Source: Nitrospirota bacterium (lineage in GTDB: Bacteria > JACPQY01). From it: 20,000 bases of DNA. Made by a program: the position numbers and the translations under genes. Below, piece by piece: positions 1-6,937 of this stretch. Where the stretch lies: NCBI GenBank assembly GCA_016180645.1, contig JACPAV010000002.1, positions 349,729 to 369,728 on the forward strand, in the 5' to 3' direction. Positions within the stretch are counted from its first letter, which is position 1. The number at the start of each line of letters is the position of its first letter. Under the pieces are notes generated by a model, which did not search any database, was not told the DNA's origin, and saw only the letters and a list, made by a program, of their open reading frames with translations.

Positions 1-2
1 GC

Positions 3-407
3 AGCCTCCTGTTCAATCGCCTGACACAGGGCCGACCCAAAGTCGCCGGAGTGGGTGGACCGACCATGGGCGCCGATCCGATCGTTTCCGCCATCACCGT
101 GATCAGTCAACTGAAGAAAAAACCGCTGGGTGGGTTCTACGTACGAAAAGAGCCCAAGAGTCATGGGATGGCTCAATGGGTTGAAAAGTCGGGACGCCTC
201 CGCGTGGGCGCCAAGGTAGCCATCGTGGAAGACGTGGTCACGAGCGGCGGATCGATCGTGAAAGCCATCGAACGCGCGCGGCTGGATGGCTTCCATGTGG
301 TCCGGGCCATGGTCGTGGTGGATCGGGAGGAAGGAGGCCGCGAAGCGGTCGAAGCCGCCGGCATTCCCCTGGAAAGCCTGTTCAAGGTGGGCGAGCTGCT
401 GAAATGA
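3..407 (+). CDS. pyrE: Orotate phosphoribosyltransferase, 5'-truncated by the window edge
   Basis: Frame is open from position 3 (SLLFNRLTQGRPKVAGVGGPTMGADP). It has the flexible loop VRKEPKSHG, the PRPP-binding motif AIVEDVVTSGGS and the C-terminal VVDREEGG typical of PyrE. Confidence 0.93.
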   Translation, partial: SLLFNRLTQGRPKVAGVGGPTMGADPIVSAITVISQLKKKPLGGFYVRKEPKSHGMAQWVEKSGRLRVGAKVAIVEDVVTSGGSIVKAIERARLDGFHVVRAMVVVDREEGGREAVEAAGIPLESLFKVGELLK

Positions 408-412
408 AAGAC

Positions 413-478
413 TGTCAGCTTTCAGCATGCAGCCATCGGCCCCAAGCCAGGAGGGCCTTCCCTTGTTGAATGCCGAAG
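413..478. terminator. Degenerate heptamer array with an inverted arm between convergent genes; possible terminator or stem-loop
   Basis: TGTCAGC TTTCAGC ATGCAGC CATCGGC follows the pyrE stop. GTTGAATGCCGAA (about 466-478) is an imperfect reverse complement of TTCAGCATGCAGC. Confidence 0.3.
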
Positions 479-550
479 CGGCCAAGGTGCGCGCCATGAA
501 CCGGAACAACTGCGCACCATGAGCGGAATACGCAACGATGCGGACATTAG

Positions 551-2782
551 TCAAGGAGACAATTTCCTCTGCCCTGCCTTCAACCGTTTTGCAGCGGCAA
601 GCAACCTCCGTATTTCCACGGAGTCTGGCTGTATTCGTAGGGCTTCCGTGTAATGGTATATGGCTTCTTCACGCCTCCCCTGTTCACCTAGAAGGTTGGC
701 TAGATTAATGTGTGCCACCACGTCTTCTGGCTTGCTTTGAATGGCCTTCTGGTAATGTTTTACAGCCTCTTCCACGTTCCCGCGCTCGGCCAGGAGATTT
801 CCCAAGTTATTGTGGGACTCAACATGATCAGGATCGAGTCGGAGCACCTCGGAGTAATGCGCCATGGCCTCGTCAACCTTGCCCTGCGCGAACAAAGCTA
901 CTCCCAAACTATAGTGGGCGTCCTTGTGATCGGGTCTTATCCGTAGTGCTTTCCTGTAACAAACGATGGCTTCTTCAACCTTGCCCTGCCTGGCCATAGC
1001 AATACCAAGATTAACGTGAGCATTGGCAAAGTTCGGAGCAGTTTCAATGGCCCTCTGGTAATGTTTTACGGCCTCTTCCACGTTCCCGCGCTCGGTCAGG
1101 AGATTTCCCAAGTCATTGTGTGTCTCAACATCTTCAGGATCGAGTCGGAGAATCTCGGAGTAATGCGCCATGGCCTCGTCAACCTTGCCCTGTCGTATGA
1201 GCAGATTCCCTAGCCTGTGATGAGCCTTCCGATAGGTTGGTAAGATGCTTAGAGCGTAAATATAATGAGCGACAGCTTTGTCCGGTGCACCTTGCCTCTC
1301 GGCTGCAACGCCCAAGTTGTAGTGCGTTCTCACACTACTTGGGTCAAGCCGCAGGGACTCGGAGTAATGCGCTATGGCCTCATCAACCTTGCCCTGTCGC
1401 ATAAGCGCAGCTCCTAGGCTGTTGTGCGCGGGGCTCGATAGCGGCGCTTTCTTGACCGTATCTTCGAAAAGAGACAGTTCAGAAGCCCACAATCCACTCC
1501 GTTCGAATGTAGCAATCAACAAGGGCAATATGAGTACTCCTAGAAGAAACGGAACCGAAAACGCTTTTGAAAGCTTACAGATCATGGATTGGAGGAGCAG
1601 GACTAATCCTATCGAAGGCAGGTAGATGCGGTGTTCGAACACTAAAGCCAGTTGGGGATGGAACACCTCGACGCCGCTGGCTACCAAGAAAAACAACCAA
1701 CCAAAGGATGCGGAGGGCCAACGCCTTGACAAACACCCCGTTACGACGACACTTGCGAGCAGCAAGACCAATGCTGTTGCCGTAGTGGGCGGATCCCCTA
1801 AAGAAGTAGATAGAGGAAAATCATGCACAACGCTGAGCCTACTTGGTGCGGGAAATAGAAAAAGAGAGATATAGTACCACAGCGCCCTAGCCTCTGTTAG
1901 CCACCTTTCTAGTAAGGTCCACTCCTTGCCCTCAACGGTCGATCCAGTTTCAAGAGACACAACAAGCTGTGTGACTCCGGCCCGGAACTCAGCTGAGGAA
2001 ATGAGCAGTAGCACACCCGGTATGAACCAAAGGATAGTCCTACGAAGTGCGGTCTTCACGTCGGTTTTGAGGAGCATGACTTCACTCAAGAACAACACCG
2101 CAGGGAATGACACAGCCAACTCTTTGGTACCCAAGGCGAGAAGGTAGAGAACGCAGGCAAGTGCGAAGAAATGGTGGCACCCGGGTCGAGGCCCAAGCCT
2201 AGCGCGGAGATAACACACCAGGGACCATATGTAGAAGGCCGCGCAGAGGGAAGTCATTCGCTGGACAACATATGCTACAGCCTGGGTTTGGACGGGGTTG
2301 AGGGCCCAGATTAGAGTAAGTACTAGAGGTATACCAAACTTCGATGGAGTGTTGCCATCTTGGTCTACAACATGACGCACAAAGTACAATAGAAGGAAAA
2401 GGCCGATCGAGGCTCCAACATGGATCAGGATGTTGGTTACATGATAGGTAACAGGATTCAACCCTCCAAGGCGGTAATTGAGTACAAATGTGAGATTTGC
2501 AATAGGACGAGGGGCGGCAACCGTAGGGCTGCGTACCATCGCACGCCACAAGGCGCCTGGGCTAATATCATCCAAGTGCAGCGCGTAGTTGTCGACAATA
2601 TTACCGCTATCATCATAGACAAACGGACCGAACAAGGCAGGCCAATACGCGAGAAAAACAAGAAGTGTAAGAGCTATGATACTGGCGATGGCTTTTCGCC
2701 AAGATCTCAACTCTAGGAGATCAAAACCTCCATCTGCTGTGAGCTGTCCGCCCACGCTTTTCGGAGAAATAGACTCCCCCAA
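551..2782 (-). CDS. TMTC-like GT-C membrane glycosyltransferase (putative protein O-mannosyltransferase-like) with 8 C-terminal TPR repeats
   Basis: Multi-TM N-terminal half with FVYDD after TM1, RPIANLT, YHVTNILIH, LNPVQTQAVAYVVQR, LGTKE and FEHRIYLPS, all TMTC-family motifs. Eight 34-aa TPRs follow (AHNSLG...EAIAHY..L..DP). The TTG start is uncertain because no clear RBS precedes it. Confidence 0.85.
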   Translation of the reverse strand: MGESISPKSVGGQLTADGGFDLLELRSWRKAIASIIALTLLVFLAYWPALFGPFVYDDSGNIVDNYALHLDDISPGALWRAMVRSPTVAAPRPIANLTFVLNYRLGGLNPVTYHVTNILIHVGASIGLFLLLYFVRHVVDQDGNTPSKFGIPLVLTLIWALNPVQTQAVAYVVQRMTSLCAAFYIWSLVCYLRARLGPRPGCHHFFALACVLYLLALGTKELAVSFPAVLFLSEVMLLKTDVKTALRRTILWFIPGVLLLISSAEFRAGVTQLVVSLETGSTVEGKEWTLLERWLTEARALWYYISLFLFPAPSRLSVVHDFPLSTSLGDPPTTATALVLLLASVVVTGCLSRRWPSASFGWLFFLVASGVEVFHPQLALVFEHRIYLPSIGLVLLLQSMICKLSKAFSVPFLLGVLILPLLIATFERSGLWASELSLFEDTVKKAPLSSPAHNSLGAALMRQGKVDEAIAHYSESLRLDPSSVRTHYNLGVAAERQGAPDKAVAHYIYALSILPTYRKAHHRLGNLLIRQGKVDEAMAHYSEILRLDPEDVETHNDLGNLLTERGNVEEAVKHYQRAIETAPNFANAHVNLGIAMARQGKVEEAIVCYRKALRIRPDHKDAHYSLGVALFAQGKVDEAMAHYSEVLRLDPDHVESHNNLGNLLAERGNVEEAVKHYQKAIQSKPEDVVAHINLANLLGEQGRREEAIYHYTEALRIQPDSVEIRRLLAAAKRLKAGQRKLSP
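741..1399 (-). repeat. DNA-level duplicated TPR units inside the TMTC-like gene
   Basis: TCGGAGTAATGCGC(C/T)ATGGCCTC(G/A)TCAACCTTGCCCTG occurs at 849, 1155 and 1359 (spacings 306 and 204, i.e. 3 and 2 x 102 nt). Block 741-886 closely matches 1047-1192. Confidence 0.9.
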
Positions 2783-2805
2783 GTTAGGGCGGACGGAGCT
2801 ATAGG

Positions 2806-5331
2806 CTACTTCCCCCGTTCTATCACCTTGATGGTATCTGTCACCGAGAACGTACTGCCAGTAGTAAGTTGGCCCTGAATCTGAATCGTTGCGTCACCCT
2901 CGCCAAAGCCGAGACCTTTAAGAGCGCTGATGAGCGCTTGACGACTGAACTGAACCTTCAAATCTTGTACGCCATTTCCGTTCGCATCAGCCAACTCAAC
3001 AGGCTTGTTGAAAGGAGACAACGCAGCGATTGCCTGACTATTTACGGCATTCAAAGTCAAGGTTGCCACAACAATCTGGGACGAGTCTCCTCCTTGTGTT
3101 ACCTCAAGAACAGCAGTGACAGGATTACCCTGGCTCCTAATATTCAGAGTATTCGGATCAATATCCAGAGCCACAACAAGCTGGGAAGGTGGAGGAGGCA
3201 CATTCAGCACAGTTACCTGAACGCTCCCACTGGTCACCCCACCTTGACCATCGGAGACCTGCACCGTAATTGTGATTGTCTGGTCAGCATCAACCTGGGG
3301 AGATGTCCACATCGGATTTTGCAAAGAGGGATTTGAAAAGGTGCCCGCTGGAGCCGACCACAAGAACGACAAGGGATCCCCATCGGGATCGGACGCCTGT
3401 ACGGATAGACTGACAGTTCCACCCTCATTGACAGTCGTTGGATCCGCCGAAGGACCAGAGGTGATCACTGGAGGGTTATTGGGAAGAGGACATTCTTGAA
3501 CCTCGGACGAAACTGTATCGGATACAATGGCTGATGTGGGACTCGGACTCACCGTGGTGGCGGTAATTCCAGAAGATGTCGGTTGTGCACCTGCGAGCGT
3601 GTTCGTTACCGTAGCCAAAGTATCGCCGAGTGGAGGGCAGATCGGTACGTTACCGCCAGCGTCGACGTTGAGAACAACGACGCCACTCCCGAAGCCAGAC
3701 ACGGCAAAGCCACCCCCGACCGTATGGACGATCTCCGTTGCAAAACCAAACGACACGAGGTTGAAGACCTTCTGCCACTCTGCGTTGCCGGCGGCGTCAA
3801 GCCTCACAACCCAGGCGTCGGTGTCGCCAGCGTCGAATGAATCGGTCCGACCAGCAAACGCAAATCCTCCGCCTACCACGTTGACTATGGAGAACGCCAC
3901 ATCCATGCCACTGCCACCATACGCCTTCTGAGACATCACATTCCCTGCCGAGTCAATCCGTAAAACCCAGGCGTCAGAGGAACCGGCCCCGAAGGATCCA
4001 GTGCTACCGGCAACTGCAAACCCACCATCGGATGTCTGCACGATCGACTGCCCAGAATCGCCAGCGGCTCCACCATATGCCTTCTGCCATATTACGTTCC
4101 CAGCTCCATCAAGCCTCACAACCCAGGCGTCACCAATCCCGAAAGATGACGTGGAACCAGCAACCGCGAACCCCCCATCCATGGTCTGAACAATGGATTG
4201 AAAGCCATCCGCGCTCGGTCCGCCAGACGCTCGCTGCCATATGATGTTTCCACTTCCGTCCAACCTCAGAATCCAGCCACGCAAAACACCACCTGGAGCA
4301 AAAGATGTTGCTTCGCCAGCAACCGCAAACCCACCATCCCCCGTTTGAACAATAGACCGGGCGGCATCAAAGGTGCTGCCACCATATGCCTTCTGCCATA
4401 TTACGTTCCCAGCTCCATCAAGCCTCAACACCCAGAAGTCAGCATTACCTGCGCCAAAGGATTCTGTATGCCCGGCCAAGGCAAACCCACCATCGGATGT
4501 CTGCACGATCGACTGCGCAAAATCGGCAGCGGCTCCACCATATCTTTTCTGCCATATGACGTTGCCTGATGGATCGAGCCTAACCAGCCAGAGATCGTTT
4601 GGACCCGCCACGACACTTGCTTCGCCAGCAACCGCAAATCCTCCATCTCCTGTCTGGACAATAGACCAACCTCGCCCACCAAACAGTTGAGGAGTAAACA
4701 CTTTCGCGAAGGGGGGATCGTTAATTTGTGTCGTTTCAACCGACTTGATTTCCACGATCGGAAAAAGCAGTAGGCCTTGGCCTTGTCTTTCGACAACCGA
4801 CCTTTTCGCATCAAAATCGAGGGTGATAGAAAGCTGTTCACCCTTTCCCACGCCGTAGGATGTTTCAAAGTCAACGCTAACACGAGTACCGGTAGGTACG
4901 TCAACAGGTACCCGCTGGCCACCAACGACAGCAGTTGCTGAAGAAACGCCAAACCCAATTCCAATCAACGTGCCCTGTCCGAGACCCACACTGCCAAGTT
5001 TCAGGGTCTGTCCATTTTGCAGAGATAGAAGCTCAACCTGTGTCTCGCCACTTATACGGATCCATTGAGACCCGGTGCCGGATGCACGGAAATGAATCAA
5101 GAGCTCAGAGAGCGTGACTGAAAGAGCTTCCAAATCAGCCGGAGCATCCGTCAATTTGACAACGATGCGCGATTCGCCGGTGAGGTTTTTTCCATCCACG
5201 ATTTCGCCAGGCGTGATTTCGCCGGGCGTATTGCTACCTGAATTCGTACAGCTCAGCCCAAGCAAGCTGAGAACAAGCAGAACATAGGAAGAGAGGGAAA
5301 ACCCCTTGGAGATGGAACGCTCACCAGTCAT
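2806..5331 (-). CDS. Large surface lipoprotein: DUF4382-like domain, 7-repeat beta-propeller, Cys-flanked Ser/Thr-rich linker, Ig/cadherin-like domain and a C-terminal domain
   Basis: RBS AAGGGGG precedes the ATG; lipobox LLGLSC. IVVKLTDAP...ITLDFDAKRSV...LFPIV resembles DUF4382. Seven roughly 52-aa repeats SIVQTxDGGFAVAG...DxWVLRLDxxGNVIWQKAYGG follow, then NNPPVI...ASDPDGDPL...VSDGQGG (Ig-like). Confidence 0.85.
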   Translation of the reverse strand: MTGERSISKGFSLSSYVLLVLSLLGLSCTNSGSNTPGEITPGEIVDGKNLTGESRIVVKLTDAPADLEALSVTLSELLIHFRASGTGSQWIRISGETQVELLSLQNGQTLKLGSVGLGQGTLIGIGFGVSSATAVVGGQRVPVDVPTGTRVSVDFETSYGVGKGEQLSITLDFDAKRSVVERQGQGLLLFPIVEIKSVETTQINDPPFAKVFTPQLFGGRGWSIVQTGDGGFAVAGEASVVAGPNDLWLVRLDPSGNVIWQKRYGGAAADFAQSIVQTSDGGFALAGHTESFGAGNADFWVLRLDGAGNVIWQKAYGGSTFDAARSIVQTGDGGFAVAGEATSFAPGGVLRGWILRLDGSGNIIWQRASGGPSADGFQSIVQTMDGGFAVAGSTSSFGIGDAWVVRLDGAGNVIWQKAYGGAAGDSGQSIVQTSDGGFAVAGSTGSFGAGSSDAWVLRIDSAGNVMSQKAYGGSGMDVAFSIVNVVGGGFAFAGRTDSFDAGDTDAWVVRLDAAGNAEWQKVFNLVSFGFATEIVHTVGGGFAVSGFGSGVVVLNVDAGGNVPICPPLGDTLATVTNTLAGAQPTSSGITATTVSPSPTSAIVSDTVSSEVQECPLPNNPPVITSGPSADPTTVNEGGTVSLSVQASDPDGDPLSFLWSAPAGTFSNPSLQNPMWTSPQVDADQTITITVQVSDGQGGVTSGSVQVTVLNVPPPPSQLVVALDIDPNTLNIRSQGNPVTAVLEVTQGGDSSQIVVATLTLNAVNSQAIAALSPFNKPVELADANGNGVQDLKVQFSRQALISALKGLGFGEGDATIQIQGQLTTGSTFSVTDTIKVIERGK
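3640..4680 (-). repeat. Seven tandem beta-propeller blade repeats of about 150-160 nt each
   Basis: Repeats are visible in the translation. A 49-bp block is identical at 4070-4118 and 4379-4427, and a 36-bp block at 4016-4051 and 4481-4516. Confidence 0.88.
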
Positions 5332-5358
5332 GTATCCCCCTTTCGCCTAGAGCAGCTG

Positions 5359-5374
5359 TGTGACACGTGTTACG
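5359..5374. promoter_or_regulatory. Near-perfect palindrome, possible CRP/FNR-like operator upstream of the lipoprotein gene
   Basis: TGTGA-CACGTG-TTACG; 5360-5373 GTGACACGTGTTAC is a 14-bp palindrome with one mismatch, about 28 nt before the ATG at 5331. Confidence 0.25.
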
Positions 5375-5447
5375 ATCCGCCCGCGTATGCACAATTACTG
5401 CCCTTTCGTCCACAGTCTTCTCTTTTTTGTACCGAAGTTGGACGCGA

Positions 5448-5642
5448 TCATATGGTTATCTCGTGGAGGAAAGTGGCGGTGCCGACCTCAGAACTGAGGA
5501 GAAGTTTCAGGCCGACGTCTATGGACCCACTGCCAAATCGACGCTTGCATGCCGCGCCAAGGATAACCAGGCTGAGAAGCAAGAGGCTAAACCCATGCCT
5601 GCTAACGAATCGCCCTGCCCTACTCCTGAACCTTTTTCCCAA
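5448..5642 (-). CDS. Small putative lipoprotein or truncated lipoprotein remnant (64 aa)
   Basis: GAGGT lies just upstream of the TTG. The ORF has a basic N-terminus, a hydrophobic stretch and lipobox LLLLSLVILGAAC, in the same orientation as the downstream lipoprotein. Confidence 0.4.
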   Translation of the reverse strand: MGKRFRSRAGRFVSRHGFSLLLLSLVILGAACKRRFGSGSIDVGLKLLLSSEVGTATFLHEITI

Positions 5643-5813
5643 TCGACCTCACTTATCGTATCGTGTCCATCCGTGGGTCGACCAACTCTACCGTTTTTCT
5701 TTCGCTGATACCCGATTACCACGAGGGTGTAGTCTTGTCAAGCAAATTGGGCGCTTCGCGTCGGCACGTGTGCAACTCGCGCCGCCATCTGCCCCGAAGT
5801 TTGCCTCGGATCC

Positions 5814-5944
5814 GAGATTGCTTCACCCTCGTCCTGCCTGCCCACACCCACGCAGGCGGATCGTACAAACTGCTCGCAATGCCACCTTGTGTTGTCATTG
5901 CGAGGGAAGGTCCTCGACGTTAGTCGAGGGCCCCGTGGCAATCC
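5814..5944. repeat. REP/RPE-like inverted doublet (GTCATTGCGAG...GCAATC family)
   Basis: GAGATTGCTTC...CTCGCAATGCCA (5814-5884) is followed by TGTCATTGCGAG...GTGGCAATCC (5893-5944). There is a 9-bp perfect IR at 5873-5881/5896-5904 and an inner hairpin GGTCCTCGAC-GTTA-GTCGAGGGCC at 5909-5932. Confidence 0.7.
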
Positions 5945-6012
5945 CGGACGAGTCGTCCGATAAACTCAAATTGTGACAGCAACAAGTAGGCTATCTATGA
6001 TTGTGGGGTCAC

Positions 6013-6040
6013 TTGACATTTCGATGCACGGCTCTACTGT
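6013..6040 (+). promoter_or_regulatory. Putative sigma70 promoter for the SDR-formyltransferase pair
   Basis: TTGACA (6013-6018), 16-nt spacer, TACTGT (6035-6040); RBS AAAGGA at 6078-6083. Confidence 0.5.
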
Positions 6041-6090
6041 GGTTTTCACTGGGAAGTCGCGCACAACAGTCACTTGGAAAGGACGCGAAC

Positions 6091-6930
6091 ATGCGATTGC
6101 AAAACCAGGTAGCCCTCATCACCGGTGGGGGGGACGGGATCGGACGGGCGATCGCGAGAGCTTACGCGCGCGAAGGCGCCCGAGTCGTCATCTCCGGCCG
6201 GAGAGCCGAGAAGCTGGAAGAGACCAGAAGCCAGATTCTCGGCGAGGGGGCTGCGCCGGGACCCCATAGCGATTCTGCTCGCCGTCCCCGGAGCGAAGCG
6301 GAGGGGGCTGCGCCAGGATCGGTGGTCACGGTTCCGGGGGATGTTTCGAGCGAACCGGACGTGCGCGGGCTTGTGCAGGAAACGCTCCGGCAATTCGGCC
6401 GGATCGATATTCTCGTGAACAACGCCGGCATCATCGGTCCCACCGCTCCGGTCGAACAGGTTCGGACGGAGGAGTGGGACGAAGTTCAAGCCATCAATCT
6501 CCGTGGTCCCTTTCTCACCTGTCGTGAAGTCGTTCCCCTTATGCTGAAGCAGGATCGAGGCGTCATTATCAACATCGCGTCCGTCGCGGGACGCATCGGG
6601 TATCCCACCCGAAGCCCCTACGCCGCTTCGAAGTGGGGGCTGATCGGATTCAGCCGGACACTGGCTCTGGAGTTGAGCACCACCGGCGTTCGGGTGAACT
6701 GCGTCTGCCCCGGTGCTGTCATGGGAGAGCGGCTCGCCACGATCCTCGGAAACTTCAATCGCATCATTCAGGATCAAGCGAACTCGCGGCTGAAGGCTGC
6801 CCTTTCTTACGTGAAAGCCTCGAAACTTCTCCCACCGGAAGAGATCGCTTCCGTTTGCGTCTTCCTCGCGTCCTCGGAGGCGGCGGGAGTGTCCGGACAG
6901 GAAATCGTTGTCGCGGGCGTGACGGGGTAG
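6091..6930 (+). CDS. Classical short-chain dehydrogenase/reductase with a 19-aa insertion
   Basis: ALITGGGDGIG, DILVNNAG, NIASV, catalytic YAASK and VNCVCPG motifs. ATG 6091 has an RBS and is preferred over TTG 6001. Confidence 0.93.
   Translation: MRLQNQVALITGGGDGIGRAIARAYAREGARVVISGRRAEKLEETRSQILGEGAAPGPHSDSARRPRSEAEGAAPGSVVTVPGDVSSEPDVRGLVQETLRQFGRIDILVNNAGIIGPTAPVEQVRTEEWDEVQAINLRGPFLTCREVVPLMLKQDRGVIINIASVAGRIGYPTRSPYAASKWGLIGFSRTLALELSTTGVRVNCVCPGAVMGERLATILGNFNRIIQDQANSRLKAALSYVKASKLLPPEEIASVCVFLASSEAAGVSGQEIVVAGVTG
6244..6314 (+). repeat. 57-nt in-frame insertion element, copy 1 (in the SDR)
   Basis: 14-bp direct repeat GAGGGGGCTGCGCC at 6244-6257 and 6301-6314. Core 6279-6308 matches the reverse complement of 16283-16312 at 27 of 30 nt. 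Confidence 0.75.
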
Positions 6931-6937
6931 TTCCGCC

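Noticed and set aside
488-528. Imperfect direct repeat TGCGCGCCATGAACCGGAA / TGCGCACCATGAGCGGAA
   Set aside because: Only two short degenerate copies, with no matching copy seen at the other end of the low-GC block, so it cannot be called an att site.
3640-4680. Possible CRISPR array or DGR template/variable repeat pair
   Set aside because: The repeats are in-frame protein blades of about 155 nt with no unique spacers, no evident adenine-specific mismatch pattern, and no cas or RT gene in the window.
5713-5741. Minus-strand TTGACA as a promoter for the islet
   Set aside because: The -35 is perfect but the hexamer at 17-nt spacing (TAATCG) lacks the conserved final T; too weak to call.
5367-5976. 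+ strand ORFs 5367-5708 and 5452-5976
   Set aside because: No RBS or motifs; 5452-5976 runs through the REP-like palindromes (CHCEG...VAIP is a typical repeat-derived peptide) and both oppose the better-supported small lipoprotein ORF.
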